Shown here piece after piece: positions 8,777-19,374 of a stretch of 43,660 nucleotides of DNA. The DNA is from an uncultured Candidatus Saccharibacteria bacterium. GTDB taxonomy: Bacteria; Patescibacteriota; Minisyncoccia; Phycocordibacterales; UBA2100. A program made the translations under genes and the position numbers. Under the pieces are notes generated by a model. It saw nothing but the letters and a program-made list of their open reading frames with translations. It did not search any database and was not told the origin of the DNA. How positions within the stretch are numbered: position 1 is the first letter of the stretch; the number at the start of each line of letters is the position of its first letter. The stretch spans positions 14,915-58,574 of the forward strand of contig CAZOZG010000003.1 of assembly GCA_964584225.1 (NCBI GenBank). Direction: 5' to 3'.

Positions 8777-9589
8777 CTATGCAACGTGGAAGACGCGCTG
8801 GGCATTTGCGGTGAGTTGCGACGCGACTTTCTCGAGATTCTCGCCTCGTATCTCCGCGATTCTTCGGACCACCTCAATAACATACGCGGGCTCGTTGCGT
8901 TTGCCACGATGCGGCACCGGGGAAACATATGGCGCGTCGGTTTCCGTGAGAATCATGTCGAGCGGGGCATTTTTGACGACCTCGTCATAATCATGCGTGA
9001 AGGTCAGCACGCCTGTGAACGAGAGCGTGAACCCGAGATCAAGAAATTGCTTCGCAATATTCCAATCGCCCGCAAAAAAATGGACGTCGCCTTGGACTTT
9101 CGCGTGCGCTTTGACGAGCGCGATCGCATCGTCATACGCATTGCGAATGTGAAGCATCAGTGGCTTTTGTAATTTGTTTGCAAGCTCGATGTGTTCGACA
9201 AACGCATTCGCTTGTACATCTTTTGTACTTTCATCGGCGCGATAGTAATCGAGTCCGCACTCGCCGATGGCGATGACACGTGGATTTTTGCCGAGCGACT
9301 CGTACGCGGCTTCGGAGAAGAGCTCGCCGCGTGAAGTGAATTCTTTTCCGCCCTCTCCCAACTCTTTCTGATCGTGATACGACTTCGATGTGTGTATCGG
9401 ATGCAATCCGATAGTCGCATAGACATGCTCGTATTTCTCGGCGAGCGCAACTGCGGCACGTGAGGTATCAATCTGCGTCCCGACGCAATTCATCGCGACG
9501 CCGACGGCTTTCGCTCTCTGAATCGTCGCTTCACGATCTGGGTCGAAAGCGACAAAATTCACGTGGGTGTGTGCATCAAAGTACTTCAT
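8777..9589 (-). CDS. tatD: TatD family nuclease
   Basis: DAHTH, IGLHP, AIGECGLDY, LHIR, HFF, ETDAPY. Confidence 0.96.
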   Translation of the reverse strand: MKYFDAHTHVNFVAFDPDREATIQRAKAVGVAMNCVGTQIDTSRAAVALAEKYEHVYATIGLHPIHTSKSYHDQKELGEGGKEFTSRGELFSEAAYESLGKNPRVIAIGECGLDYYRADESTKDVQANAFVEHIELANKLQKPLMLHIRNAYDDAIALVKAHAKVQGDVHFFAGDWNIAKQFLDLGFTLSFTGVLTFTHDYDEVVKNAPLDMILTETDAPYVSPVPHRGKRNEPAYVIEVVRRIAEIRGENLEKVASQLTANAQRVFHVA

Positions 9590-10020
9590 GTGTCGTGCTG
9601 TACCGCGTCGAGCCAGAAGTGATGAATCGCACTTGGTATACCGAGCGACGACAACTGCTGTCCGACGGTTTCAGCTTCAACACACAGCACGGTCGGCTTC
9701 GACGGATCGGGCGCGTCAAGAAATTGCTGCCATGTCGGATCGATGATGAGTGACTCATTGCCGATTGTGAGTCGCACGAATTGATGCAGCGCAAAACCTG
9801 GCTGTTCAAAGCGTAACACGTGCGCCGCATCACCGTAGACACCAGAAAGATGCCGTTGCACGACCTCACTCACTTGCTCACACACGCCCGAGTGATACAC
9901 CTCTTCAATTGGCATATCGCGTGCTTCTGCGACCTCTTGATACGCTTTCGTTGCAATTTCTTCGACTGTCTTTTGCACCGCTTCGCGCAAGGTCGGCTGA
10001 CCTTTCAACTTTTCCGGCAT
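9586..10020 (-). CDS. Hypothetical protein with a transglutaminase/papain-like Cys-His-Asp pattern
   Basis: GVCEQVS ... HQFV ... IIDPTWQQF; coupled to metG and tatD. Confidence 0.55.
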   Translation of the reverse strand: MPEKLKGQPTLREAVQKTVEEIATKAYQEVAEARDMPIEEVYHSGVCEQVSEVVQRHLSGVYGDAAHVLRFEQPGFALHQFVRLTIGNESLIIDPTWQQFLDAPDPSKPTVLCVEAETVGQQLSSLGIPSAIHHFWLDAVQHDT

Positions 10021-10021
10021 A

Positions 10022-11449
10022 CTACTCCTTGCGCGGGAACAGATTCGCCGGTTTTTTGTTTGCGAGAATCGCAGATTCTATTTGTTTGCTTGTCGCGGGC
10101 ATTATAGGCCGCAGAAGCCATGCAATCTTGTAGAGTTGCATTTTCATTTCTGCAATTATTTCCGCCCCTTTCTGATGATCTTCTTTAATAATGACGAACG
10201 GTTTTTTATCTGTAAGATCCTTGTCCAACTCTGCGATGAGCTTCCACACATAATCGAGGGCATCGTTGAACTGGTAGTTTGCTAAAGATTCGCCGTACTC
10301 TTTTGGCAACGGAGCGGCTTGAAGAACTGCTATCGCATGAACGTTAGCTTCGGCAAGTTTCAATATGCGCGCGACGAGATTTCCCAAACCATTCGCGAGG
10401 TCAGCATTGTACGCATCTTTGAAGCGCTCCATCGTAAAATCAGAATCATCAAATGGCGAAATGTGCCGCGCGAGGAAATAACGCAGTGCGTCGACGCCGT
10501 ACTCTTCGACAATCGTCATCGGATCGATCACATTGCCGATGCTTTTCGACATTTTTTGGCCGCCGGAAGTGATGAAGCCGTGATAGAGAATCTGTTTTGT
10601 GTTTGGGAGTCCTGCGCTCATAAGCATCGCTTGCCACATGACGGATTGGAAACGAACCTGATCTTTGCCGGCAAGCTGCAGCGTGTCGCCATCGACCCAG
10701 AATTTTTTGAAATTCTCTTCTTCGTCTTCCGGCCACCCCAGCGTCGAGATGTAGTTCGTGAGTGCGTCGAACCACACATACAGTACCTGCGAATCATCAC
10801 CCGGCACTGGCACGCCCCACGGCATTTTCTCTTTGACGCGTGAGATGCTGAAATCCTCGAGTCCGGCTTTGACGAAATTGATTGCTTCCTGCCTGCGCCA
10901 TTCGGGGACGATTACTCCCTCTTTGCCAAGGTACTCAAGCAATCTGTCTTGGTACGCACTCAGTTTAAAGAAATAATTTTCTTCCTCGATTTCGACGAGA
11001 TCCATCGTGGGGTGATTCGGACAGCGGCCGTTGACAAGGTCGCTCTCACGGACAAAAGCTTCGTCGCCAACACAATAGAGTCCCTTGTATTTCCGCTTCT
11101 CGATGTCTTTCGCGCAACGACGCCACATATCTTGTGCCGCAGCTTTGTGATGCGGGTCAGTGGTGCGAATGAAGTGCAAACCGTCGGAAAGGCCGAGCTT
11201 TTCCTTGAGCGTGCGAAACTTCGCCGCGTACTCGTCTGCGTACGCCTGAGGCTCTTTCTTTTCTTCGCGCGCTTTCTGATAAATTTTTAAGCCGTGTTCA
11301 TCGGTGCCGGTGTTGAAGAAAACATCGTCACCCTGAAGCGCGTGATAGCGAGCAATAATGTCGGCCTGCACAAGCTCAAGCGCAAAGCCGATATGTGGGT
11401 CGGCATTCACGTACGGGAGCGTCGTTGTGAGATAGAAGGATTTCGCCAT
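10022..11449 (-). CDS. metG: Methionine-tRNA ligase, short form without the C-terminal tRNA-binding domain
   Basis: YVNADPHIGF, GTDEHG, YVWFDAL, KMSKS. Confidence 0.96.
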   Translation of the reverse strand: MAKSFYLTTTLPYVNADPHIGFALELVQADIIARYHALQGDDVFFNTGTDEHGLKIYQKAREEKKEPQAYADEYAAKFRTLKEKLGLSDGLHFIRTTDPHHKAAAQDMWRRCAKDIEKRKYKGLYCVGDEAFVRESDLVNGRCPNHPTMDLVEIEEENYFFKLSAYQDRLLEYLGKEGVIVPEWRRQEAINFVKAGLEDFSISRVKEKMPWGVPVPGDDSQVLYVWFDALTNYISTLGWPEDEEENFKKFWVDGDTLQLAGKDQVRFQSVMWQAMLMSAGLPNTKQILYHGFITSGGQKMSKSIGNVIDPMTIVEEYGVDALRYFLARHISPFDDSDFTMERFKDAYNADLANGLGNLVARILKLAEANVHAIAVLQAAPLPKEYGESLANYQFNDALDYVWKLIAELDKDLTDKKPFVIIKEDHQKGAEIIAEMKMQLYKIAWLLRPIMPATSKQIESAILANKKPANLFPRKE

Positions 11450-11454
11450 TGTGC

Positions 11455-12513
11455 TCACGCGTCGCGCGTTTTCCTGCGACTCGCTTCGAGATCGGTGACT
11501 AATTCTTGAATCGTTGCCGCTGCTGGCACCGAGAGCAATATGCCCAAAAATCCTGCGAGCTCGAAACCAACGATAAGGGCGAGAATCACGAGAAGCGGAG
11601 GTACGCCGACGACGCGTGTGACGACCAGAGGATAAATCAGGTGATTTTCAAATTGTTGGAAAATCACATAGAGCGCGATCACGAGGAGGCCGATTCCGAG
11701 GCCGCCGTCGACAAAACCGATCATGACCGCAGGCACTGCCGAAAGTGTCGGTCCAAAGACAGGAATAATTTCAAATACCGCCGCGATGACGGCAAGAATC
11801 AGCGCGTGTTTGATGCCGAGGACCGTCAGGCCGAGATAGACCAAAATACCCATGATAAAGCCAAGGAGGAGTTGTCCTTGCATCCAGAGGCCAATCTTCG
11901 TGCGCGAGCGCTTCCAGAGGCTCAACACATAATCGACGTATTCGCTCGGTGTGACGACTCGCAAAAAACCATCGACACCTGTCTCGATCACCGCGAAGTA
12001 GAATGAGAAGACGACAATCAGGATGAACGAAAAGAAACCGCCGAAGATTGCTGAGACAGCGGTAAACGCGTTGTCGAAAATGCCGCCGACATCGAGCGAG
12101 GTGCGGACGCTCTGCATAATGTCGTTGGTGGAGATCATCGAGGGCGGCGTGATCCCGAGGATGTGGGCATACTGATCAAACGCACCAAAACTACTGAACG
12201 CGTTGATGTAATTCGGGAGAGCGGAGACGAACGTCGCGAGATCTTCGAAGACTGATGGGAGGAAGAAATAGAAAATCCCAAAGAGAACGATGAAGACCGT
12301 GAGGTAGACAATCACGACCGCAGCAATACGTGGTACTTTGTGCCGGTGCAAGCGCGCGACACCTGGCTCGATTGCAGAGGCGACGACGACTGCCGTGAGA
12401 ACGTCGAGCACGAGATCACGAAGCGTAAAGACAAGCCACGCGACGATAAGAAGGAGGATGGTTTTGATGATGGTTCCCGTCGTGATGGAAAAGGTAATCG
12501 GCCGATCCTGCAT
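11455..12513 (-). CDS. AI-2E (PerM) family transporter
   Basis: WMQGQLLL, EIIPVFGP, QQFENHLIYP. Confidence 0.93.
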   Translation of the reverse strand: MQDRPITFSITTGTIIKTILLLIVAWLVFTLRDLVLDVLTAVVVASAIEPGVARLHRHKVPRIAAVVIVYLTVFIVLFGIFYFFLPSVFEDLATFVSALPNYINAFSSFGAFDQYAHILGITPPSMISTNDIMQSVRTSLDVGGIFDNAFTAVSAIFGGFFSFILIVVFSFYFAVIETGVDGFLRVVTPSEYVDYVLSLWKRSRTKIGLWMQGQLLLGFIMGILVYLGLTVLGIKHALILAVIAAVFEIIPVFGPTLSAVPAVMIGFVDGGLGIGLLVIALYVIFQQFENHLIYPLVVTRVVGVPPLLVILALIVGFELAGFLGILLSVPAAATIQELVTDLEASRRKTRDA

Positions 12514-12552
12514 GAGTCGAATCGTACCATATGAGAGGTAAAATTCAGCTTT

Positions 12553-12645
12553 TTACAGACTCAATTCAAGACAGACGATAGCAACGCCCGCGGCGATAAG
12601 ACCAACGATATCGAGAGCATTGATTTTCTTGTGCAAGTAGTGTAG
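12553..12645 (-). pseudogene. Start-less remnant resembling the last helix of an EamA/SMR (DMT) transporter
   Basis: Open frame LHYLHKKINALDIVGLIAAGVAIVCLELSL* filling the glyS-AI-2E gap. Confidence 0.35.
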
Positions 12646-12646
12646 A

Positions 12647-13948
12647 TCATGGACGAACTGCTGCTGGCAGTTCTGGGATGGGAACGCGGACTTGCGCCCC
12701 AGAGTCACGATCGCGGAGTGTCACCGTGTCGTCTTCGAGTGTCTGGAAATCAATAGTGACGCAAGACGGCGTGCCGATTTCATCCTGGCGGCGGTACCGT
12801 TTGCCGATGTTGCCGTTATCATCCCACATGATCTGCGGAATGTCTTTTTTGAGCATCTCGTAGACGTTGCGCGCCTTGGCGACCAATTCAGGTTTGTTTT
12901 TTAAAAGTGGAAAGACGGCAGCCTTGATCGGTGCGACTGCTTTGTTGAATTTGAGGTAGGTGCGCGGCTCGCCACCGAGTTCGTCTTCGGTGTACACAGA
13001 GCTCAAAAGTGCGAGCACCGTGCGATCGACTCCAAACGAGGGCTCAATGACGTGCGGGACAAAGCGCTCTTTTGCAGTTTCATCGAGATAAGAAAGATCG
13101 ACACTGCTCGCCTCGGCATGAGCCGAAAGGTCAAAATCAGTGCGATACGCCAATCCCGAGAGTTCCTTACGACCAAACGGAAAATCGAATTCAAAATCGA
13201 TCGTGCGCTTCGAGTAGTGCGCACGATCGCCATCTGCGACTTCGAGCTCGTGTACGAGATCCGCCGGAATCCCAACAGCGTCAAAGAAAGCTTTCACCGC
13301 CGTGCGCCACGCTTCAAAACCTTGTTGCCATTCTTGCGGGCGGACGAAATATTCGATTTCCATCTGCTCCATTTCACGAACGCGAAACACGAAATCACGC
13401 GGCGCGATTTCATTTCGAAATGCCTTCCCGATCTGCGCGATGCCAAACGGAAGCTTGGGATGAACAGAATCAATAACATTTTTGAAGTTGACGAAAATAC
13501 CGCCTGCCGTTTCCGGTCGCAAGTACGAAACAGACGCTGCGTCTTCTGATGCGCCGATATGCGTCTTGAACATCATATTGAACTGCCGCGCTTGCCCAAG
13601 TGTCCCCTTCTTGCCACACGCGGGACACGCGTCGCTATCGAGCTGATCGGCGCGAAAGCGATTTTTGCAGTTGCTGCATTCCACCAAAGGGTCATTGAAA
13701 CCGCTCACGTGCCCACTCGCTTCCCAGACCTTCGGGTGCATGAGGATAGCTGCGTCGAGGCCGACCATGTCATCGCGATCCTGCACAAATATGCGCCACC
13801 AGAGCGCTTTGATGTTGTTCTTGAGCTCGACACCAAACGGGCCATAATCCCATGTCCCGGAAAGTCCACCGTAAATTTCGCTTCCCGGGTAGATGAAACC
13901 GCGGCGTTTACACAACGAGACGATTTTTTCCATGGTTACCTCAGCCAT
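12647..13948 (-). CDS. glyS: Glycine-tRNA ligase, homodimeric (alpha2) type
   Basis: LCKRRGF..GSEIYGG, YLRPETA, FRNEI.PR.F.FR.RE.EQME, IGKRYRRQDEIGTP. Confidence 0.96.
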   Translation of the reverse strand: MAEVTMEKIVSLCKRRGFIYPGSEIYGGLSGTWDYGPFGVELKNNIKALWWRIFVQDRDDMVGLDAAILMHPKVWEASGHVSGFNDPLVECSNCKNRFRADQLDSDACPACGKKGTLGQARQFNMMFKTHIGASEDAASVSYLRPETAGGIFVNFKNVIDSVHPKLPFGIAQIGKAFRNEIAPRDFVFRVREMEQMEIEYFVRPQEWQQGFEAWRTAVKAFFDAVGIPADLVHELEVADGDRAHYSKRTIDFEFDFPFGRKELSGLAYRTDFDLSAHAEASSVDLSYLDETAKERFVPHVIEPSFGVDRTVLALLSSVYTEDELGGEPRTYLKFNKAVAPIKAAVFPLLKNKPELVAKARNVYEMLKKDIPQIMWDDNGNIGKRYRRQDEIGTPSCVTIDFQTLEDDTVTLRDRDSGAQVRVPIPELPAAVRP

Positions 13949-13954
13949 ACTGGC

Positions 13955-15940
13955 TCAGCGTACCACAGTCGCGTTTGTCGAGGTAAATCCTGGGTCCGGC
14001 GTGACCGGGACGCCCTCAGACGAACGCGATACGCGCGACAAATCTGATGTCACATTCGTGAGGTGCTTCGTGATTGTCTGGCCCGTCGCTGCGTCTGTGC
14101 CGGTGAGAGAAATATCTTGGAGGAGTACTGGCTCCTGTCCAATCTGCGAGGTCGATGGCGTAAAGCCGATCGCGACGGCCGCCTGGCGCGCTTGCGTGCC
14201 GTTGACACCGACGCCAGGATCAATGTCGCCAACATCCCACGTAAATGTGCTGTTGTTGAGACTGAAAGAAATATTTTCAGAGCGTGGGCTATAGATACCC
14301 ATCCAGCGGACGTACGGTGGCAAGACTGCCGTCAATTTGGCGTTATTGATTTTGTTTGTGGTGTTTGTGACGGTGAAGACCGCGCCATACGTCGTCTCAG
14401 TGCCTGCTTCCGGCGGCAATGGACCGACACTCCCAAATGGATTGGCGTAGTAGAGCCCTTGCGCCGTCAGGACAAGATCACTCGCGAGTCCGACGCGTTG
14501 CGAGATAGTCGATTGGAGATTTTCCGGTACGCCGGATTCTGAAAGGCGCTTCCCCGCCGCGTTGACGGAAATCGTGAGATACGGATCGCGCATAGTCTGT
14601 AGGACGTCATTTCCCGGAACCTCGAACGAAAATGAGACAACGCCCTTTGCACCCGCAGGAATATTTGCGAGATCCCCGTTACTCGTCGTTTTGTCCCACA
14701 ACACCGTACTATCGGTCGAGCGATAAAAGCCATTGATGGCCTGCACGGTCGAGCCGTCAAATTGCAAACCAGAAAGACGCGCGACGATGACAGCATCGGT
14801 AATGGGTGTCGTGAGATTGTTTTGCCAGTTGATGTAGACGTTCACCCGACCGCCCGGCGTGACGACTGCGGTACTCCCACTGACACCATTGACGCTCAAA
14901 GCGAGCCCGAGGAATTGCTGAGAGATCTGAAGCGAAAATGCCGTATTCGAAAGCGGCACGTCGACTGTCTGCGAGTCCGGACTATTGCGCGTCCCCGCAG
15001 TGAAATGAAAGACGCGCTCGTCGCCTTCTTGTCCGGTGAGCGTGCCGCGAATCGTGATCTCGCGCCGCTGCCCAGGCGCAAAGTCACCGAGTTCCCATAC
15101 ACTCCCGTGAGTCGGTGCCGGGTTAGAGGTGACAGAACTGAAGCCAAACGGAAGTCCGACGGAAAGTAAGACGTCGCGCACCGGTGCATTTGCATTTGAA
15201 GCGACCGTTACCGTGAGCTCAACCGGCTGACCCGAGACGGTCTGTGTATTGCCGTCGACGGTCACCGTAATCGGAGCTGACCCGATCGTGGTTGCATAAT
15301 CAGAATCTGCGACAAAGATTGCATTTGACCCGGTGACACGATACTCAAGCTCAGCTTTGACATCGGCCTGCGTACCAGTGTCTCCAGCGAACACGGCTTT
15401 CAGTGTCCCTTGTCGGCGACCGCCGGCCTCGATTGAACCAAGCGAGATGCGTTGCGTCGTCAGATCGGTCGTGAGATCGCTCGCGGATCGCGTGCCTGGC
15501 GGATACGTAATGACGAGATCGGCGAGATCGAGCGGGACGGCGTTTCGATTGGTGACAACCACTTGGAGCTCAGTGGGCTCGCCGCCGGAAACCTGCGGCG
15601 GCCCGACGATTGCGATATCAATATTGGCAGCCGACGCGGGGGCGGCACCGCTGCCGAACGTAAAGTAGTAGAAAAAATAGCCCCCAGCAGCGAGGAAAAA
15701 AAGTATCGAGAGCCCGAAGACGATACGCACGCCAGTGCGCGCCGCTGAGATACCGCGCGGCGGTGCGATGACCTTGGGCGCACCAACCTCCGGGCGCTTC
15801 CAGTCGTCTCCGACGGTTGAGTGTCCTTGCTCAAGCGCGCGACGCGGCTTGTCTTTGAGTTGTTCCGAGAGCGAGCGCGAGTACATCGCGCGTCGCAAAC
15901 GCTCTATTTCATCACGCTCATGGTCGGACGAAGGCTCCAT
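13955..15940 (-). CDS. Membrane-anchored extracellular protein with tandem Ig-like (DUF11-like) domains
   Basis: Single TM near the N-terminus; repeated beta-rich units (WELGDFAPG, WDVGDIDPG); GPLPP motif. Confidence 0.7.
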   Translation of the reverse strand: MEPSSDHERDEIERLRRAMYSRSLSEQLKDKPRRALEQGHSTVGDDWKRPEVGAPKVIAPPRGISAARTGVRIVFGLSILFFLAAGGYFFYYFTFGSGAAPASAANIDIAIVGPPQVSGGEPTELQVVVTNRNAVPLDLADLVITYPPGTRSASDLTTDLTTQRISLGSIEAGGRRQGTLKAVFAGDTGTQADVKAELEYRVTGSNAIFVADSDYATTIGSAPITVTVDGNTQTVSGQPVELTVTVASNANAPVRDVLLSVGLPFGFSSVTSNPAPTHGSVWELGDFAPGQRREITIRGTLTGQEGDERVFHFTAGTRNSPDSQTVDVPLSNTAFSLQISQQFLGLALSVNGVSGSTAVVTPGGRVNVYINWQNNLTTPITDAVIVARLSGLQFDGSTVQAINGFYRSTDSTVLWDKTTSNGDLANIPAGAKGVVSFSFEVPGNDVLQTMRDPYLTISVNAAGKRLSESGVPENLQSTISQRVGLASDLVLTAQGLYYANPFGSVGPLPPEAGTETTYGAVFTVTNTTNKINNAKLTAVLPPYVRWMGIYSPRSENISFSLNNSTFTWDVGDIDPGVGVNGTQARQAAVAIGFTPSTSQIGQEPVLLQDISLTGTDAATGQTITKHLTNVTSDLSRVSRSSEGVPVTPDPGFTSTNATVVR

Positions 15941-15986
15941 TATCTGCCCATAATACCACGCTTCCCGACTGTGATTTTAACGAGGT

Positions 15987-16559
15987 TTAGAGCTGCGTCT
16001 CAGCAATTGCCTTATTGATCGACGTCAGAAGCTTGTCGCGCATTCCTTCTGCCTCCACGAGCGATTCACCCGTGTACGATGTGTGTGTGAAAAGTGCAGA
16101 TGAGAGCGCCTCCGCGGAAAGATACCCGAGCGCAAAGAGCACTCGCGCAACGCAGACAATCTCGATCGTCGGCCATGCGTCACAGTGCTCAACCATCAGC
16201 GCTTCGTGTGCATCGGTGAGTGCCGCGAATAAGTAGTCGTTGCGCTCCTCGCCGCCTATGAGACGCAGCACAAGTTCGGCGATGCGTGCGTATGCAGCAA
16301 TGCCGCGCGGGTCGCCTACGGCGACCCGCGCCGCACTCGCTCCCCCAATTCTCCATCCGTGCGCGCCGCGAACGAGTCCAACACGCGCGAGCGAGTAATG
16401 CTGCAATGCGTAGCGCATGCGCGAACTTTCTTTCCGCACGGCTGTAGCCCGCCCACGAACGAGCCCAAAATCGTTCGTGTAGAGCGCGTACACGCGATCA
16501 TTCTCACCGCTCTCGCGACTGCTGAGTACAAGCGAATCCGTTTGATACTTTTGATACAT
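15987..16559 (-). CDS. recO: DNA repair protein RecO (short form)
   Basis: YQTDSLVLSSRESGENDR...YTNDFGLV...AVRKESSRMRYALQ. Confidence 0.85.
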   Translation of the reverse strand: MYQKYQTDSLVLSSRESGENDRVYALYTNDFGLVRGRATAVRKESSRMRYALQHYSLARVGLVRGAHGWRIGGASAARVAVGDPRGIAAYARIAELVLRLIGGEERNDYLFAALTDAHEALMVEHCDAWPTIEIVCVARVLFALGYLSAEALSSALFTHTSYTGESLVEAEGMRDKLLTSINKAIAETQL

Positions 16560-16560
16560 G

Positions 16561-19353
16561 CTATTCAAACTGCAACGTCATGTGCGTCGCCTTTTCTATG
16601 TGCTCTTTGTACTTGCGAGCAACATCAACATTTTCTGCGACAGCGTACGTACCCGGCTCGCCCGGTTTCATTCCTTGCTCTTTCCGATACTGTTGAATCG
16701 AACGAATTGTCTCTCGCACGATTCCTTCTTCCTGTAGCTGCGGCGTGAGTGTGGTATCGAGGGCTACCTGTTCGACATCGGCAAACAAAATTTCTTTCAC
16801 ATTCACTTCGTCTTTCATAATCTTGAGATACTCGGATTCATTCGGCGAGAACCGCGTTTGCTGAATCGTCAACGAAGCAAGCGGTTGCCGCACCTTAATG
16901 CCAGCTTTTTCTCGAGCTTCGAGCGCCTCGGAAACGACGCGCCGCGTCGCTTCCATCATGAGGAGAATTTTTTCTTCCTTGGCACCAAAAAGTCTCTCGA
17001 AAAAACCCTTCTTCGCGGGCAGAAGCCAACTTTCCAGGTGCACACTTTCAGGATCATTCTCATCACGCACCGCCTGAAAAAGAAATTCAGCAAAAAAAGG
17101 CATCGCGGGCGCCATGACTAGCGAAAGATTGTAGAGAACGAATCGTAGTGTCGCGAGCGCGGCTGTTTTGTCTGCGCCATCTTCCTTAAATCGATCGCGC
17201 GAACGGCGCAGGTACCAGACCGATAGATCGTCGATGAATTTTGCGAGCGGTCGCGTCGCAGAGTCGAGCTGATATTGCTCATATCCGTTCGTCGCCTCGG
17301 CAATTAATTCGTTCAGACGCGCGAGAATCCACATGTCTAAGACGTGCGTGCTTGTGCGCGAACGAGCGGTAGCGTCAGCATACAGTTGATAAAACGAAAG
17401 TACGTTACTCAAGCGGCCGATATTTTTTTTGACAATCTCATCGACAAGCCGCTCGTCGAAATTCTTGCTCTCGCCCGGCGCATTCACGGTGTACATAAAG
17501 TAGCGCAGCGCATCGACACCATATTTTTCGATCGCGACGCTCGGGACGACGATATTGCCGAGCGATTTTGACATCTTCTTTCCCTTCGCATCCAAGACGT
17601 GTCCGAGACAAATTACATTTTTGAATGCTTTCCCGCGCCCCATGATGTTGCCGACGGCATGGAGCGTGTAAAACCAGCCGCGCGTTTGGTCGATTGCCTC
17701 ACAAATGTAATCCGCCGGGTACGAAATGGTATTCGTCGCCATCGGATAATGATCCTGCGCAAAGGGCATCGCGCCAGAATCGAACCACACATCCAAGACT
17801 TCCGGCACACGGCTCATCGGCCCATGGCACGACCAACAGGAAAATCGCGGTTCATCGATAGCGGGGCGGTGTAAATCATCGGGCACGTTTCCCGCAAGTT
17901 GCTGCAACTCCGCGACGCTGCCAACGACAGTGACTGACTTGCACTGTTCACACTCCCAGATCGGCAGCGGCGTCCCCCAGTACCGTGAACGACTAATCGC
18001 CCAATCCTTCAGATCTTTGAGCCATTCGCCGAATCGCCCGTCGCGAATGTGTGACGGTTCCCAGTTGATCGTTTCGTTCTCCTTGATGAGATCGTTCTTA
18101 ATCCGCGACATTGCGATATACCACGACGTGTCGGCGTAGTACATGAGAGGCGTCTTGCAGCGCCAGCAGAAGGGATACGTGTGGTGGATTTTCTCGCCGA
18201 ACTTGTTGAAAAGAAGTCCGCGATCAGCGAGATCTTTCTCGATCCACTCATCGGCGTGTTTGAAAAACATTCCAGCGAGCGGCCCAGCGGCAGGCAAGAA
18301 CTGACCGTCTTCCCCAACCATATGATATTTCGGCAAACCAATTTCCGTACCAAGCTCGAAGTCGTCGGCGCCGTACATCACTGCCGTGTGCACAATCCCC
18401 GTGCCGTCTTCGGTCGAGACAAAATCCGCGGGATAGACTTTGTATGCTTTGGCGAGCGCTTCTTCCTGCGCATGTGGCAGCGATTGTTTCATATAGGGGA
18501 ATAACTCTTCGTAGGAAAGACCGACGAGCTCCTGTCCCTTTTTCTCTTCGACAATAATCGCATTCGGCGCGACTGCCGCGATCCGCGCTTTCGCAATCCA
18601 GACGTAATCGCCTCCGACATTTATTTTTGCGTAATCGACGTCTTCGCCGACTGCGAGCGCGACATTGCCGGGCAATGTCCACGGCGTCGTCGTCCACGCG
18701 AGTAAGTATTCATTTTTGTCGCGAATTTTGAATTTCACATACGCGCTCGGATCCGGCGTATCATCTTGGTAACCTTGCGCAACTTCGTGTGAGGAAAGTG
18801 CGGTGCCGCAACGCGGGCACCAGGGGACGACTTTGTAATCTTTGTAGAGGAGTTTGCGCTCGTGGGCCCTTTTCAAAATATTCCACACAGACTCGATGTA
18901 GGCGTTGTCGAATGTGAAGTACGGGTCATGCGCCCAGAACGCGATGCGATCGGAAAATATCTGCCACTCATCGATGTAGCGTAGGACGCTTTCTTTGCAC
19001 TTCGCATTGAATTTCGCGATGCCGAACGCCTCGATGTCTTTTTTACTCTTGCTGCCAATCTCCTTTTCGACTTCGAGCTCGACCGGCAATCCGTGCGTGT
19101 CCCAGCCATTTTTGCGGCGTACCTGATAGCCGCACATGACCTTGTAGCGCATGACAGCGTCCTTAAATGCGCGACTTTCGAGGTGATGGATGCCCGGCCG
19201 GCCGTTGGCGGTTGGTGGCCCTTCGTAGAAGACAAACTCGCCGCGTGGTGATGGTTTGGCGAGCGTTTTCTTAAAAATGTCTCGTTCCTTCCAAAATTTC
19301 AGTATTTCTTCCTCGCGCGCAGCAACCGGTGATTTCCCCTGATTTTCAGCCAT
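16561..19353 (-). CDS. ileS: Isoleucine-tRNA ligase, type 2
   Basis: EGPPTANGRPGIHH, GWDTHGLPVE, WTTTPWTLP, ISRSRYWGTP, DQTRGWF, KMSKS. Confidence 0.96.
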   Translation of the reverse strand: MAENQGKSPVAAREEEILKFWKERDIFKKTLAKPSPRGEFVFYEGPPTANGRPGIHHLESRAFKDAVMRYKVMCGYQVRRKNGWDTHGLPVELEVEKEIGSKSKKDIEAFGIAKFNAKCKESVLRYIDEWQIFSDRIAFWAHDPYFTFDNAYIESVWNILKRAHERKLLYKDYKVVPWCPRCGTALSSHEVAQGYQDDTPDPSAYVKFKIRDKNEYLLAWTTTPWTLPGNVALAVGEDVDYAKINVGGDYVWIAKARIAAVAPNAIIVEEKKGQELVGLSYEELFPYMKQSLPHAQEEALAKAYKVYPADFVSTEDGTGIVHTAVMYGADDFELGTEIGLPKYHMVGEDGQFLPAAGPLAGMFFKHADEWIEKDLADRGLLFNKFGEKIHHTYPFCWRCKTPLMYYADTSWYIAMSRIKNDLIKENETINWEPSHIRDGRFGEWLKDLKDWAISRSRYWGTPLPIWECEQCKSVTVVGSVAELQQLAGNVPDDLHRPAIDEPRFSCWSCHGPMSRVPEVLDVWFDSGAMPFAQDHYPMATNTISYPADYICEAIDQTRGWFYTLHAVGNIMGRGKAFKNVICLGHVLDAKGKKMSKSLGNIVVPSVAIEKYGVDALRYFMYTVNAPGESKNFDERLVDEIVKKNIGRLSNVLSFYQLYADATARSRTSTHVLDMWILARLNELIAEATNGYEQYQLDSATRPLAKFIDDLSVWYLRRSRDRFKEDGADKTAALATLRFVLYNLSLVMAPAMPFFAEFLFQAVRDENDPESVHLESWLLPAKKGFFERLFGAKEEKILLMMEATRRVVSEALEAREKAGIKVRQPLASLTIQQTRFSPNESEYLKIMKDEVNVKEILFADVEQVALDTTLTPQLQEEGIVRETIRSIQQYRKEQGMKPGEPGTYAVAENVDVARKYKEHIEKATHMTLQFE

Positions 19354-19374
19354 TCCGGCTATCGTACCAAAGGA

